Notes: a model not told the origin generated them from the sequence alone. Shown: positions 9,347-18,990, counted from the stretch's first letter. The stretch is DNA of 64,000 nt from an uncultured Candidatus Saccharibacteria bacterium (GCA_964597925.1 CAZQZT010000002.1:39038-103037), one strand, 5' to 3'. Numbers and translations are program-made.

Positions 9347-9867
9347 AAATAGCTTCAAAATGACCAATACGGGTCCGAGTCACGTAGCCTCTGAAGCTAA
9401 GCGGGACACAGACTATTTAGCTCATTCGGCTTAATCACATCGAGCATGAGAGACTTGGGTTAATTGAATACAGCATACGTAGAGCTACGCGATACTGTAA
9501 TGCACACGGCGTTTCCTGAGATGGCCAATTATGGTGATACAAGGCTAATTACCGAACTACATAAATGGGCTGGTAGACCTCTACTAAAACTAGCGTATCC
9601 TGTGAAAGCACGCATTCAGTACGTCTAAGCCAGTCATAATACCGAGACTCTCTAGCTTTTGTAAAAACCTACGCAAAATAGATTGTACAAAATACGAACA
9701 GCGCGGATTTGATGATAAGTAGGGCAAACAGCGGATAATGCGCTGATTTGCATAGACCAAGCAGGTGGGTAGAGAAACCCCGTAGCAAATTTGAAAACCA
9801 TTGCGTGGTGAGGCAAAATTATCTTAGAAGAGGATAGTGCAGTGTGTGAGACATTCACATATATTAC

Positions 9868-9895
9868 ACGTCGCACAATGTATATTTTGCGACTC
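9868..9895. promoter_or_regulatory. Candidate dif-like Xer recombination site
   Basis: ACGTCGCACAA-TGTATA-TTTTGCGACTC: two inverted arms (GTCGCAcAA / TTtTGCGAC) flank a 6-bp TGTATA core, in the gap where plus- and minus-strand gene blocks converge. The left arm and core resemble E. coli dif as I recall it. Confidence 0.4.
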
Positions 9896-10067
9896 GCTTA
9901 TAGTGTTGATTATTGATTAGCGATACCTCTTCTGGAGGGGACTTTTAGTACTATGTCTACCAGTTAACAAGTTCGCACGTTGGTTCTGTCTTCAACTAGT
10001 TACTAGCTAACTCGGTCGCTTACTACTGTCTACGGAAGTGCTGCCGTGATATCTGACATCATTTGAC

Positions 10068-10076
10068 TTATCCACA
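10068..10076 (+). promoter_or_regulatory. Exact TTATCCACA 9-mer (DnaA-box consensus sequence)
   Basis: Exact match inside the 9347..10332 ORF-free gap, next to a T-rich stretch (10090..10140). Confidence 0.35.
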
Positions 10077-10332
10077 GCATTGTCGTGAAATCATTGCTTT
10101 TTCACACTTTTGCTTTTAAAGTTTGTTTTCCCCTGTCCTACTAGAAAACTGAGAAAATTTGACTTTTGCCTGCTGTGCATGTGTAGTATAGTTTTTTGTC
10201 TGCTAAACAGCACTTACAATATATGAACATAATACGAACTAGAGCAGTGGAGAAGAAGCACAGCTTCTAACTCAAACAGTCTTTAGCACCCCGCCTTGGT
10301 TTCTGTACTGTTAGAGTGTTGGACTTATGGAC

Positions 10333-11244
10333 TCACTTGTAGAAAACTTTTACGTCAACACGCACATCCATATACTCACGCGGAGTAGTACCTTCCCTGT
10401 CTAGCTTTGCTTTGACCGCCAAATACGTACCGACGGCTTGGCGTGGGTCACTATCTGTTGAAAATTTTATATAGTAGGGTTGTCCGACAATCACTACATC
10501 TACTTGATTTGCCGACTTCGACGGTAGTGTAACAGATTGAGTTTTTAAATTTTGAGCTTTTAGTTGTGCATACAAACTCTGCAAAAACATAGCCTGATTG
10601 GCGGGTATTATGTTTTTGCCAGGCTCGGCAGTAATCCCAGAATCATCACGAACTACCGGTAAATCTTCTAGGTCGTTTTGGGTCAAGTCGGTAGAGCGAG
10701 CCATTACTTTTCCGTTGGCATTTACATAAAAAGAACCATTGGCACTAACTAACTGTAGCGTTGGTTTTACGGCTGTTAATATAACTGTTGGACGCTTACC
10801 AAGCAGTGGCAATTCAATCTTTACAGAATCTAACTCTGTAAACTGACGGGAAATGTCATTGCTAATATTTGCAGTAGAAACTGTTAGCTTGGTACGGTTC
10901 AATATAGATTTTCTCCAGATTGACTCTACGGCTTCCTGGTAAATTTTTGGCTCTCTGTGCACCGTATTTGGTGTATTCGTCAATATGACTTTAGCTGTTG
11001 GCGTCAATAAGCATGAATAACCAAGGGCAACTACTATTGCGAGGAGTGCAATATAGCTGGGTATATGTCCCCACCTGGGTCGATAACCTGCTGAAGCACC
11101 AGCAGCTGAAATGTCGGTTCTGCCGGTGTTTTGATCAGTATTTGACCCACCCCTGGCATAATACGAAAAAACAGCAGGATTATCTTTTACCGGGCGTTTT
11201 CGCGAATTATTGTCTGATTTATACTTTTTTTTGTACAATCTCAT
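10333..11244 (-). CDS. ftsQ: Cell division protein FtsQ/DivIB (POTRA domain)
   Basis: Cytoplasmic basic N-terminus, one TM segment (IPSYIALLAIVVALGYSCLL), then a POTRA-like beta-rich ectodomain. It is the last gene of the dcw cluster. Confidence 0.7.
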   Translation of the reverse strand: MRLYKKKYKSDNNSRKRPVKDNPAVFSYYARGGSNTDQNTGRTDISAAGASAGYRPRWGHIPSYIALLAIVVALGYSCLLTPTAKVILTNTPNTVHREPKIYQEAVESIWRKSILNRTKLTVSTANISNDISRQFTELDSVKIELPLLGKRPTVILTAVKPTLQLVSANGSFYVNANGKVMARSTDLTQNDLEDLPVVRDDSGITAEPGKNIIPANQAMFLQSLYAQLKAQNLKTQSVTLPSKSANQVDVVIVGQPYYIKFSTDSDPRQAVGTYLAVKAKLDREGTTPREYMDVRVDVKVFYK

Positions 11245-11251
11245 GATATTT

Positions 11252-12409
11252 TTACTCTTTTGTTTGTATATTAGCCTGCTCCAATATAATTACCGCCAAC
11301 TGCCTAGCTGAATCTGGAATAATCTGCTCGTGGAGGTTTTTTGCTAATACTTCCCTGTGTGGTGCGTCGTTTAACAAATTAGCAATGGTCGGCTCAAGTC
11401 CCGTTTCTGCATCATCCATTTGCTCTTCTTGCACTACGACAGCCGCTCCCTTCCCTGCTAACACTTCAGCATTTTTAAGCTGGTGTCCGCCTGCCAAAAA
11501 CGGACTAGGAACAACTATCACCGGCTTGCCCTGAATGCCTAGTTCAGCCACAGTGTTGCCGCTTGCCCTGGCTACTACCAAATCCGCAGCCCCCATATAG
11601 ATATACATGGGCTTCAAAAACTCAAAAACCTGCAAGCGGTTGTGCGAAAAATCTTCGTATATAGCAAGTTTATCTTTACCTACCTGATGAATCACATACA
11701 GATCTGGCCTATCAGCCAATAAGGTTTCGATACAGCCTCTGATTGTTTGGTTTATGCGAACCGCGCCAGAACTAGCGCCAGTGATGAGTAGCAGTGGTTT
11801 GTCTACCGGAACTCCTATTTGTTGCTTGTAGGTTTTTTGCAGAGCTTCATCCACCGGCACATAATTATGCTCAACCAGCACTCCAACCTGAATTGTTTTA
11901 GATTTGGGATAATCATAAACATCTGGCGGTAAGGCGGTAGCGTGAATTTTTACCCACTTACTCACTAATTTGTTAGCAAGCCCCGGCACGGCATCCGAAT
12001 CATGTGTGATTATTGGTATATGTTTTTTTGCGGCAGCCAAACCAATTGGCACCCCAACAAAACCACCTTTTAAAAACACAACGTCTGGTTTTATTTTGGC
12101 GAGTAGTCGGCTAGCCTGAGGTACGCCGATTAAAACATATATAGAATCACGCAGATTCAAAACGTTGGTTTTAACGTCAAGCAATCGCTTTAATACAGAA
12201 TCACCATAATAACGTCGTAGCTTTCCGGCTCTAACTGTATAAATCTGGTCAATATCCGGATTGTTAGCGGTTAGACCTTCAAACTTACTACCTTTTTCAC
12301 CAACATATATAACGCAAGCTTGCGGATTCAATAGCTTTATTTCGTGTGCCAATGCCAATATAGGTGTAATGTGTCCGCCGGTACCTCCACCACTTAGTAG
12401 TATTTTCAC
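11252..12409 (-). CDS. murG: UDP-N-acetylglucosamine:lipid I GlcNAc transferase MurG
   Basis: MKILLSGGGTGGHITPILALA start, C-terminal GASGNTVAELGIQGKPVIVVPSP...GGHQLKNA. Confidence 0.9.
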   Translation of the reverse strand: MKILLSGGGTGGHITPILALAHEIKLLNPQACVIYVGEKGSKFEGLTANNPDIDQIYTVRAGKLRRYYGDSVLKRLLDVKTNVLNLRDSIYVLIGVPQASRLLAKIKPDVVFLKGGFVGVPIGLAAAKKHIPIITHDSDAVPGLANKLVSKWVKIHATALPPDVYDYPKSKTIQVGVLVEHNYVPVDEALQKTYKQQIGVPVDKPLLLITGASSGAVRINQTIRGCIETLLADRPDLYVIHQVGKDKLAIYEDFSHNRLQVFEFLKPMYIYMGAADLVVARASGNTVAELGIQGKPVIVVPSPFLAGGHQLKNAEVLAGKGAAVVVQEEQMDDAETGLEPTIANLLNDAPHREVLAKNLHEQIIPDSARQLAVIILEQANIQTKE

Positions 12410-13635
12410 CGTTTACTCCTGTCTCGACGCCAATCTATGGTGTTTTCTTGCACAGGAGCACTCTGCGTTGCTTCATTTATGCCATAGGTCGTATAGCGTG
12501 ATATTTGGAACACCAGCCCAATAGCGGCAGTAGCAAACAGCACGCTGGTACCGCCAGCACTTATAAAAGGAAGCGTTATGCCTTTTAGCGGCAACAGCCC
12601 TATCATAGACCCTATGTTTATAAGAGTTTGGGTGCTGAGCCAAGCTAATACGCCAGCTACTATAAGTCTAGAAAAATCATCTGGTGCTCGCTCCAATATG
12701 TTTTTTATCCTGCTAAACAAGCCTACGAATAAAGCAATCAGCAGCGCCGTACCCATAAACCCAAATTTTTCAGCAATAATAGCAAAAATAGAATCATTTG
12801 AGGCCTCTGGCAAATACCCAAATGCCTGTGCCCCGTGCCCAAGCCCTTTGCCCGCAATCCCGCCGGAACCAACAGCAATTAGCGCCTGACAAGCTTGATA
12901 TCCAGCATTTTGACAATCTTGCTCTGGGTTCAAAAATATCAAAACTCTCTCACGCCGATAGCCAGAAGCACTAATTGCAATTGCTGTGCCGATGAGAATA
13001 AGTCCACTTATTTGTACGACACGTTTCATAGGTAATCCAGCCACATAGACCATGGCTGCCATCATAATAACCAATACCCCCGCAGAGCCTAAATCGCGCT
13101 GAGCTCCAGCCACCACAACTCCAAAAACAAACAGAACAACTAGCAGTGGCTTAAGGGTCTTGTTTGAATCGGCAACTGAACCCTGTTTTATTTTGTCAGC
13201 CAAAAAACCACCCCAAGCGATTATAAGGGCAAATTTAATTATCTCGACTGATTGCAGTGACTGGCCTCCAATTCTTATCCAACGATGTGCAGGATAGTCT
13301 GGGCTTACCGGTAATAAAAGTGCCGCAATGGTGGCAGCCACAGCTATAAATATCAATGGTATGCTTATTCGCCGCCAAACCGACAATGGCACCTGTGATA
13401 CAACTATAAAAGTTATTATGCCGAGAGCAATTGTGACGACCTGCTTTGTGACAAAATAATTTTCGTTGACGTTCTTTGCCGCTGCCAAACCCGGACTAAT
13501 TGCATAAACCACGATTAGGCCAACTACCAAAAGCACCACAGACAAAAGCAATAGAATGTAATCAGGCCGATGTCTGCGCTGGCCAGACCTATCTAAATGA
13601 GCTGGACGCCGAGCGTCACGCGGGCGCATTACCAA
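12406..13635 (-). CDS. ftsW: SEDS-family peptidoglycan polymerase FtsW
   Basis: About 10 TM segments and FtsW/RodA motifs (QPSEF-like SVEIIKFALI, GSGGIAGKGLG, LPEASNDSIFA). ATGA overlap with murG. Confidence 0.85.
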   Translation of the reverse strand: MVMRPRDARRPAHLDRSGQRRHRPDYILLLLSVVLLVVGLIVVYAISPGLAAAKNVNENYFVTKQVVTIALGIITFIVVSQVPLSVWRRISIPLIFIAVAATIAALLLPVSPDYPAHRWIRIGGQSLQSVEIIKFALIIAWGGFLADKIKQGSVADSNKTLKPLLVVLFVFGVVVAGAQRDLGSAGVLVIMMAAMVYVAGLPMKRVVQISGLILIGTAIAISASGYRRERVLIFLNPEQDCQNAGYQACQALIAVGSGGIAGKGLGHGAQAFGYLPEASNDSIFAIIAEKFGFMGTALLIALFVGLFSRIKNILERAPDDFSRLIVAGVLAWLSTQTLINIGSMIGLLPLKGITLPFISAGGTSVLFATAAIGLVFQISRYTTYGINEATQSAPVQENTIDWRRDRSKR

Positions 13636-13742
13636 CCCCCTGGCTGGAAACTTCGAAAATCAAGCTACAAAAAACAAATGACTGTTTAGCTGTTCTGGTC
13701 TGGTGCTTGTGTGAAGCTTGGAGTTTGAGGTTTGGCATTTGG

Positions 13743-14786
13743 CTATATATTCCTTCCAAGTAGAAACAATACAAGCCCAAGAATTCCTGCTACTTGACCA
13801 ACTATCCAAAAACGCATGGTTACTTTGGTTTCAGGCCAGCCAATTGCTTCAAAGTGGTGGTGAATCGGTGAAATAAGAAATAATTTTTTGCCGTTGCGTA
13901 ATTTTTTGGAAGCTGTTTGGAGTATCACTGATCCAGCCTCGGCAACGAATACTATACCAATTATCGGCAGCAAAGCTACTGTATCCGTAAGCATAGCAAC
14001 CACCCCAAGGGCAGTACCTAAAGCAAACGAACCGACGTCTCCCATAAAAAATCTGGCCGGGTATATGTTGAACCATGTATAGCTTAGCAATGCACCCACA
14101 ATGCTCATGCAAAAACCAGCTACTCCATAACGCTGTTCCATAAATGCAATCACAGCATAGATACCAAAAGCAATTGCTGTTAAACCTCCGGCTAAACCGT
14201 CTAAACCGTCACTTATATTTACCGCATTTGCCGTTGAAACCACTACAAGCACAAACAATGGAATGATAAGCCAGCCAACACTAAGCTGACCGAACCAAGG
14301 TATATGTATGCTTGTGACGTCTAGTTTGAAGTAAAAGAACCATCCACCAATCAACGCTACTAAAGTAGTCAAAAGTAGCTTAATTTTTGAAGAAAGCCCC
14401 GCTACACCTTTACCGGTGCCGCGTATGTTAATAAAATCATCCAACAGACCAATCGCACCCGCGCCCACAAATGCAGCTAAAGGTAGCCATGTTTCTGCTC
14501 TATCTAGGTTAAACAATAGCGTGACTAGGCCAGCTGAAATTACAAATATCATGCCTGCCATGGTGGGTATTTGCCTTTTATGTTTGCTAGCATGTAGTCT
14601 TGTAAATACAGTCGCCCTTTCGCCAGTCAATGTAGTTTCGCGGGGTTTTTTCCACCACTGACCACGATAAGCTAGCAATGTATAGATTGGTGTAATCAGC
14701 ATACTGAACACAAAACTCAACCCGCCCAGCAGTAATATCCTTGCTAGAGTATTTGTTTCTACGACTATGTTTAGTGTTTCTTGCAT
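13743..14786 (-). CDS. mraY: Phospho-MurNAc-pentapeptide translocase MraY
   Basis: GLLDDFINI, NAVNISDGLDGLA, FMGDVGSFALG and PIHHHFE motifs. Confidence 0.92.
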   Translation of the reverse strand: MQETLNIVVETNTLARILLLGGLSFVFSMLITPIYTLLAYRGQWWKKPRETTLTGERATVFTRLHASKHKRQIPTMAGMIFVISAGLVTLLFNLDRAETWLPLAAFVGAGAIGLLDDFINIRGTGKGVAGLSSKIKLLLTTLVALIGGWFFYFKLDVTSIHIPWFGQLSVGWLIIPLFVLVVVSTANAVNISDGLDGLAGGLTAIAFGIYAVIAFMEQRYGVAGFCMSIVGALLSYTWFNIYPARFFMGDVGSFALGTALGVVAMLTDTVALLPIIGIVFVAEAGSVILQTASKKLRNGKKLFLISPIHHHFEAIGWPETKVTMRFWIVGQVAGILGLVLFLLGRNI

Positions 14787-14816
14787 AAAATTATCCTATA
14801 ATTATACCTTAATTCG

Positions 14817-16592
14817 TTAACTTTTGGGCTTCACGCCGTGGTTATTGATCAACATGTCGGCTAGCTTAAAATAAACTGGCGCGGCTGCTTTTGCACCAGC
14901 GTAACCAGTTATATTTTTCGGTTCGCGAATTCGCACCACAATTACGTACTGCGCTTCATTGCCACCAATAAATCCAAGAAACGTACCCTCAAATCGGTCA
15001 TCATAATAACCGCCTCCCGGTTTGGAAATCTGTGCAGTGCCAGTTTTCCCTCCGTATGTGTATTCGACACGCAAATCCCGTACTCCGTAGGTAAGTTTGT
15101 TCTTCTGGAGCGTATAGGCCATATATTCTTGCATATCTTGGCTGGTAGCTGCACTAACTACATCTTTTTTAACAATTTTTGGTTCATGCTTGTCCAAACT
15201 ACCGTCATCTCTGACATATGCGTCTACTAAATGGGGCTGATAGTATGTACCCCCGTTTAGTACCGCAGCTATAGCCGCTCCCATTTGCAAAATTGTTTCT
15301 GTTTGTCCCTGACCGAATGCAGTATTGGCGTATTGTATATCTAATCCAAAGCCATCTACCGGGTCTGGAACTATACCCCCAGCTTCATTACTCTGCTCTA
15401 TTCCCGTAGGTTTGCCAAATTGGTAGTGATTTGTCAGGTAGTCGTGCCAGGTTACTCGTGCTTTTTCATTTATTTGGCCTCCTCCCATTTGCATAAGCAG
15501 CCATGTGGCGCCCGTATTCAGAGATAGTTGCAAAATATCAGCCACTGTCTTCGTTCCAGGCCCGCCATCTTCTTCAATGTTTCGTATTGTGGCGTCATCT
15601 ATCTTGAAGCTTGCTGGGTCATAATAACTGGTGTTTTTGTTTACTACGCCTTGGTCTAGCGCGGCGGCGGCGGTCAATGTTTTCATGATAGATCCGACTT
15701 CGAAAGCATCTGTAACGCTAGAATTTCTAAATACTGACTGGTCTGTAACTTTTGAAAATTCTGCTGGATTATACGTAGGGTAATTAGCCATTGCCTTAAC
15801 TGCCCCTGTTTTGGCATCCAGAATTAGCGCACTCCCCAGTGATGCCTTTGTATCTTCTACCTGCTGCTTCAATATATCTTCTAACTGTTGCTGCATGCCT
15901 AGATCTAGAGTTAAGAGTATCTCTTTGCCTGCTTCGGGATTGACCACAACATTGTCTTTGTTGGCTGCAAGCGGGACCCCTTGAGCATCTGTAATGGCCT
16001 TCAGCTTGCCTGTTTTGCCTTTTAGTTCGTTATTTAGGGTTTGTTCTAGACCATATTGGCCATTTCCTTCATCATTTACAAAACCAAGCACCTGGGAAGC
16101 TAACTGGCCCTGAGGATACGTCCGATAGTTTGTTTCCTGAGTTCCCACGCCCTTAAGTTTAAGTTTTCTTATGACATCGTTTTGCTCTTTACTAAGTCTT
16201 TTGGCTAGTATCTGGTAGCGACTATCTGCTTTCATTTTAGTCTCATAATCAGAGGCATTGCCACCTATTACATTTTGAACAGCAAGCGCAGTTGCGTTGG
16301 CATCTTTCACAAATTGCGGATCGGTATAAAGTGTGTAGAGTCTTTGGTTTAACACTATCTGAGTGATTTCATCACCGTTATGGGCAGCGATAGTTCCCCG
16401 TTCTGGCTCAATTTCATATTGTTTAAGCTGACCACGAAGCGCGGCTTGTTGATAATAATCATGTCTAACAACCTGTAGATAAAATAGCCGTATGGTAAAT
16501 ACGCCCGCTAAAATCAACAAAAACGCGTACCAGATTCTAACGCGTTTAATAGGATTTATTGGGTTAGCTTTTGGCTGTGACGGTTGTCTCAT
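14817..16592 (-). CDS. ftsI: Class B penicillin-binding protein (FtsI/PBP2B-type transpeptidase)
   Basis: N-terminal TM anchor plus dimerisation domain. Transpeptidase motifs SxxK (GSIMKT), SxN (LSLNTG) and KTG (GKTGTAQ). Confidence 0.85.
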   Translation of the reverse strand: MRQPSQPKANPINPIKRVRIWYAFLLILAGVFTIRLFYLQVVRHDYYQQAALRGQLKQYEIEPERGTIAAHNGDEITQIVLNQRLYTLYTDPQFVKDANATALAVQNVIGGNASDYETKMKADSRYQILAKRLSKEQNDVIRKLKLKGVGTQETNYRTYPQGQLASQVLGFVNDEGNGQYGLEQTLNNELKGKTGKLKAITDAQGVPLAANKDNVVVNPEAGKEILLTLDLGMQQQLEDILKQQVEDTKASLGSALILDAKTGAVKAMANYPTYNPAEFSKVTDQSVFRNSSVTDAFEVGSIMKTLTAAAALDQGVVNKNTSYYDPASFKIDDATIRNIEEDGGPGTKTVADILQLSLNTGATWLLMQMGGGQINEKARVTWHDYLTNHYQFGKPTGIEQSNEAGGIVPDPVDGFGLDIQYANTAFGQGQTETILQMGAAIAAVLNGGTYYQPHLVDAYVRDDGSLDKHEPKIVKKDVVSAATSQDMQEYMAYTLQKNKLTYGVRDLRVEYTYGGKTGTAQISKPGGGYYDDRFEGTFLGFIGGNEAQYVIVVRIREPKNITGYAGAKAAAPVYFKLADMLINNHGVKPKS

Positions 16593-16651
16593 AAGCGTAA
16601 ATTTCTAATTCGTCAAAGAATAATAATTGGAAAATTATTGGAAGAGGAACT

Positions 16652-17056
16652 TTAATTCTGAACAGTCGCAGACGATGACAATGATATCAAATTTTTTGCT
16701 GTTTCGCTGGCCTTAACCCGTTCTAGCGATTGCAACCTGGCAGCACTTATTGCTAGCTCATCGTTTTCTGTTTTTAGCTGGGACTGCTCTGTTTTTAGAT
16801 CGTTTATCTTGTAGCTCAGAGCGTTTGTTTTTGTGACTTGCGTCAAATACAATAAACCAAGCAAACAAGCCAAAACAACCAACATAATTGTGTTACTGAC
16901 CGGACCGAGAGTTTTTTCGTTTGCCTCATGTCTGGTGGTGTTTTGCTGGCGGGCGCCATAACGCTGACGACCAACTGCCAGAGAATTTGAATAGGTCATA
17001 GATTTTATTGTTTCTCTTTTTATATTTGTTTTTGTTTTTTGCCCCCTCATCCGCAA
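16652..17056 (-). CDS. ftsL: FtsL/septum-formation-initiator-like protein (true start probably internal, at MTYSN, 16999)
   Basis: One TM segment (IMLVVLACLLGLLYL) followed by a coiled-coil (LKTEQSQLKTENDELAISAARLQSLE), positioned between rsmH and ftsI. Confidence 0.6.
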   Translation of the reverse strand: MRMRGQKTKTNIKRETIKSMTYSNSLAVGRQRYGARQQNTTRHEANEKTLGPVSNTIMLVVLACLLGLLYLTQVTKTNALSYKINDLKTEQSQLKTENDELAISAARLQSLERVKASETAKNLISLSSSATVQN

Positions 17057-17143
17057 CTAGCGGATGAGGAAGCCTGCACCATGGTCACATCACTTTGACG
17101 TGAACCTTGTATGCGCGGGAGAGGTTTTTGACCTGTATCGGCA

Positions 17144-18040
17144 TTACTGCCCCTTCCTTTTTGTGTTTATTTTTACTGCGGCACGCAGTTTTGCACTGCG
17201 GGCTCGCGGATTGGAAACTAATTCATCCTCGCTGGCTGTCACCGGTTTTTTGGTGAGAAGCCTGAGGGGAGCGTCGTAGCGGTCACCAGCATACTCACGG
17301 AAAAACTCCTTTGTGAGTCTATCTTCCAGACTGTGGAAGCTGATGATCGCTATTCGCCCTCCGGGAGCCAGCAACTGAAGCCAAATCGGCATTGCCCGTT
17401 TCAGCAACCCTAGTTCATCATTTACGGCTATTCTAAGCGCCTGAAAGCTTTTAGTTGCCGGATGAACCTTGCTATGGCCACGCCATGCTTTGGCTATGAT
17501 GTTTGCGAGCTCGTGGGTTGTAGCTATTGGCCTATTGGCTATAACCATACGCGCAATGGTTCGTGCTTTTGGCTCTTCACCATATTCACGCAACAGCTTC
17601 ACTAGTTCCTCTTCACTATAGGTATTAACTATAGTTTTAGCGGTTAGTTCTTGACTGCTGTCCATGCGCATATCGAGCGGCCCATTGGCTTTTATGCTAA
17701 ACCCACGGCTCGCGTTATCAAGGTGCGGTGACGAAACGCCCAAATCAGCCAAAATAAGGTTGTATTGACGGCCACGACTCAAAAGTTTTACCGAAGCGGT
17801 CAAAAAATCCTCGTGGATTATGTCCGCTCCGTGCAACGCTTTTTGGCTTTTTAGCTCGTCAATCGCTTTTCGATCGCGATCTACAAGAGTTGCTTTTGTA
17901 GCTTGTAAGGTGCGTTCCAGGATTTTCTGGGCATGCCCGCCGTATCCTGCCGTCAAATCGAGGTATTGCTCCCCTTCCTTCGGGTCTAGATACTGTAGAA
18001 CGTGCTGCAGAAGCACTGGAATATGTTTTTTATCTGCCAT
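17144..18040 (-). CDS. rsmH: 16S rRNA m4C1402 methyltransferase RsmH (MraW)
   Basis: HIPVLLQHVLQYL, DLTAGYGGHA, DLGVSSPHLD, SFHSLEDRLTK. Confidence 0.92.
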   Translation of the reverse strand: MADKKHIPVLLQHVLQYLDPKEGEQYLDLTAGYGGHAQKILERTLQATKATLVDRDRKAIDELKSQKALHGADIIHEDFLTASVKLLSRGRQYNLILADLGVSSPHLDNASRGFSIKANGPLDMRMDSSQELTAKTIVNTYSEEELVKLLREYGEEPKARTIARMVIANRPIATTHELANIIAKAWRGHSKVHPATKSFQALRIAVNDELGLLKRAMPIWLQLLAPGGRIAIISFHSLEDRLTKEFFREYAGDRYDAPLRLLTKKPVTASEDELVSNPRARSAKLRAAVKINTKRKGQ

Positions 18041-18507
18041 TGTGGAGATATTGTTTGTTTATTTTGGTGTTTTGATTTTGGTGTTTGTATCTTGCTTTTT
18101 GTATTTACAAGGTCACCTATCCAGCAGCCAACTATTTGTTTTTTGGTGTTTTTGTTTTTGTGTGTCATATGAGCATATGTAGAGACTTTTTTTGTGGGTT
18201 TTAAAAACCTACGACGTCCTTACTGCTTATACAACGATTTTGAGAGACTTATGTGTGAGGTGGAGTTTTGGGAGGTGTTTTAATGGAATGTACGAGGGTT
18301 TTTAGCGTGGTGCCCTATTTCCACGTGTTGTCTGCCAGATAGCTAACCTCGGGTAATGAGACAAACCAAAGGTTTTTCTCAACTAAGCCAGCAAAATGGA
18401 ATACATTTTTGCGGGCTGCCCTTTTCCTATAACAGGAATAAAGCCTTGTGCTAGTTTTTCTATCCATGTGAACTTTTATTGTTAAGGTGCAATTACCAGT
18501 AAATTTG

Positions 18508-18861
18508 CTAGTTTGCTAGGATACGCCAGTATCTTTTGCCTACACTTACGGCAGATATGTCGCGCTTTATGCCGGCATAATCTAGTAAATGCTGCTCTAT
18601 GGTGATTCGTCCCTGCCTGTCGTCTGGCTTCATGTCTGTCTTGCCCATCCGGAATTGGATGTTCAAGTCAGCAATCCGCTCGTCAAGGAGATCACCTTCT
18701 AGCCGGGGCTCAACTAGGTTTTCCCAAACATCTTTTGGATATAGATGTAGGTATTGGCCAAAGCCCCTTGTTACAACAGCACCACTTGCAAACTTGTCGC
18801 GCAACTCCGGCGGAAGAGTTAACCTCCGCTTTTCGTCGAGCTTTCGTTCGAAGTAGTCCAT
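18508..18861 (-). CDS. mraZ: Transcriptional regulator MraZ (short form, 117 aa)
   Basis: KLDEKRRLTLPPELRDKF and DRQGRITIEQHLLDYAGI are two SpoVT/AbrB-like MraZ repeats. AAGGTG SD lies 6 nt upstream. Confidence 0.8.
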   Translation of the reverse strand: MDYFERKLDEKRRLTLPPELRDKFASGAVVTRGFGQYLHLYPKDVWENLVEPRLEGDLLDERIADLNIQFRMGKTDMKPDDRQGRITIEQHLLDYAGIKRDISAVSVGKRYWRILAN

Positions 18862-18990
18862 TGGTACACCTTTAGTGGTTAATATACAGTGGTTTTTGTT
18901 TTATCGAGTCTGGTAACTGTTTTGGCTACCTACGACAACCCACTAACAGGAGTTTACTCCCCACCATTACCCACAAGCAAGCACTTTATA

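Noticed and set aside
9652-9876. 74-aa minus-strand ORF inside the gap
   Set aside because: No SD, odd composition, and it overlaps the dif-like site. Most likely a chance ORF.
9347-10332. Possibility that this gap is oriC (it has a perfect DnaA box and a T-rich stretch) or hosts RNase P RNA/tmRNA
   Set aside because: Gene orientation converges here, whereas an origin should show divergence. There is only one perfect box and no good one-mismatch boxes. No dnaA/dnaN is nearby. I found no GGAAAGTCC...ACAGAA..CGGCTTA spacing compatible with RNase P, and no T-arm or tag-ORF compatible with tmRNA.
17045-17069. Perfect 9-10 bp hairpin CCTCATCCG(C)-loop-(G)CGGATGAGG between rsmH and ftsL, considered as a terminator
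   Set aside because: Neither strand has a following T-run. It overlaps the upstream alternative ftsL start codons. It may modulate ftsL translation, but the evidence is insufficient to call a terminator or attenuator.
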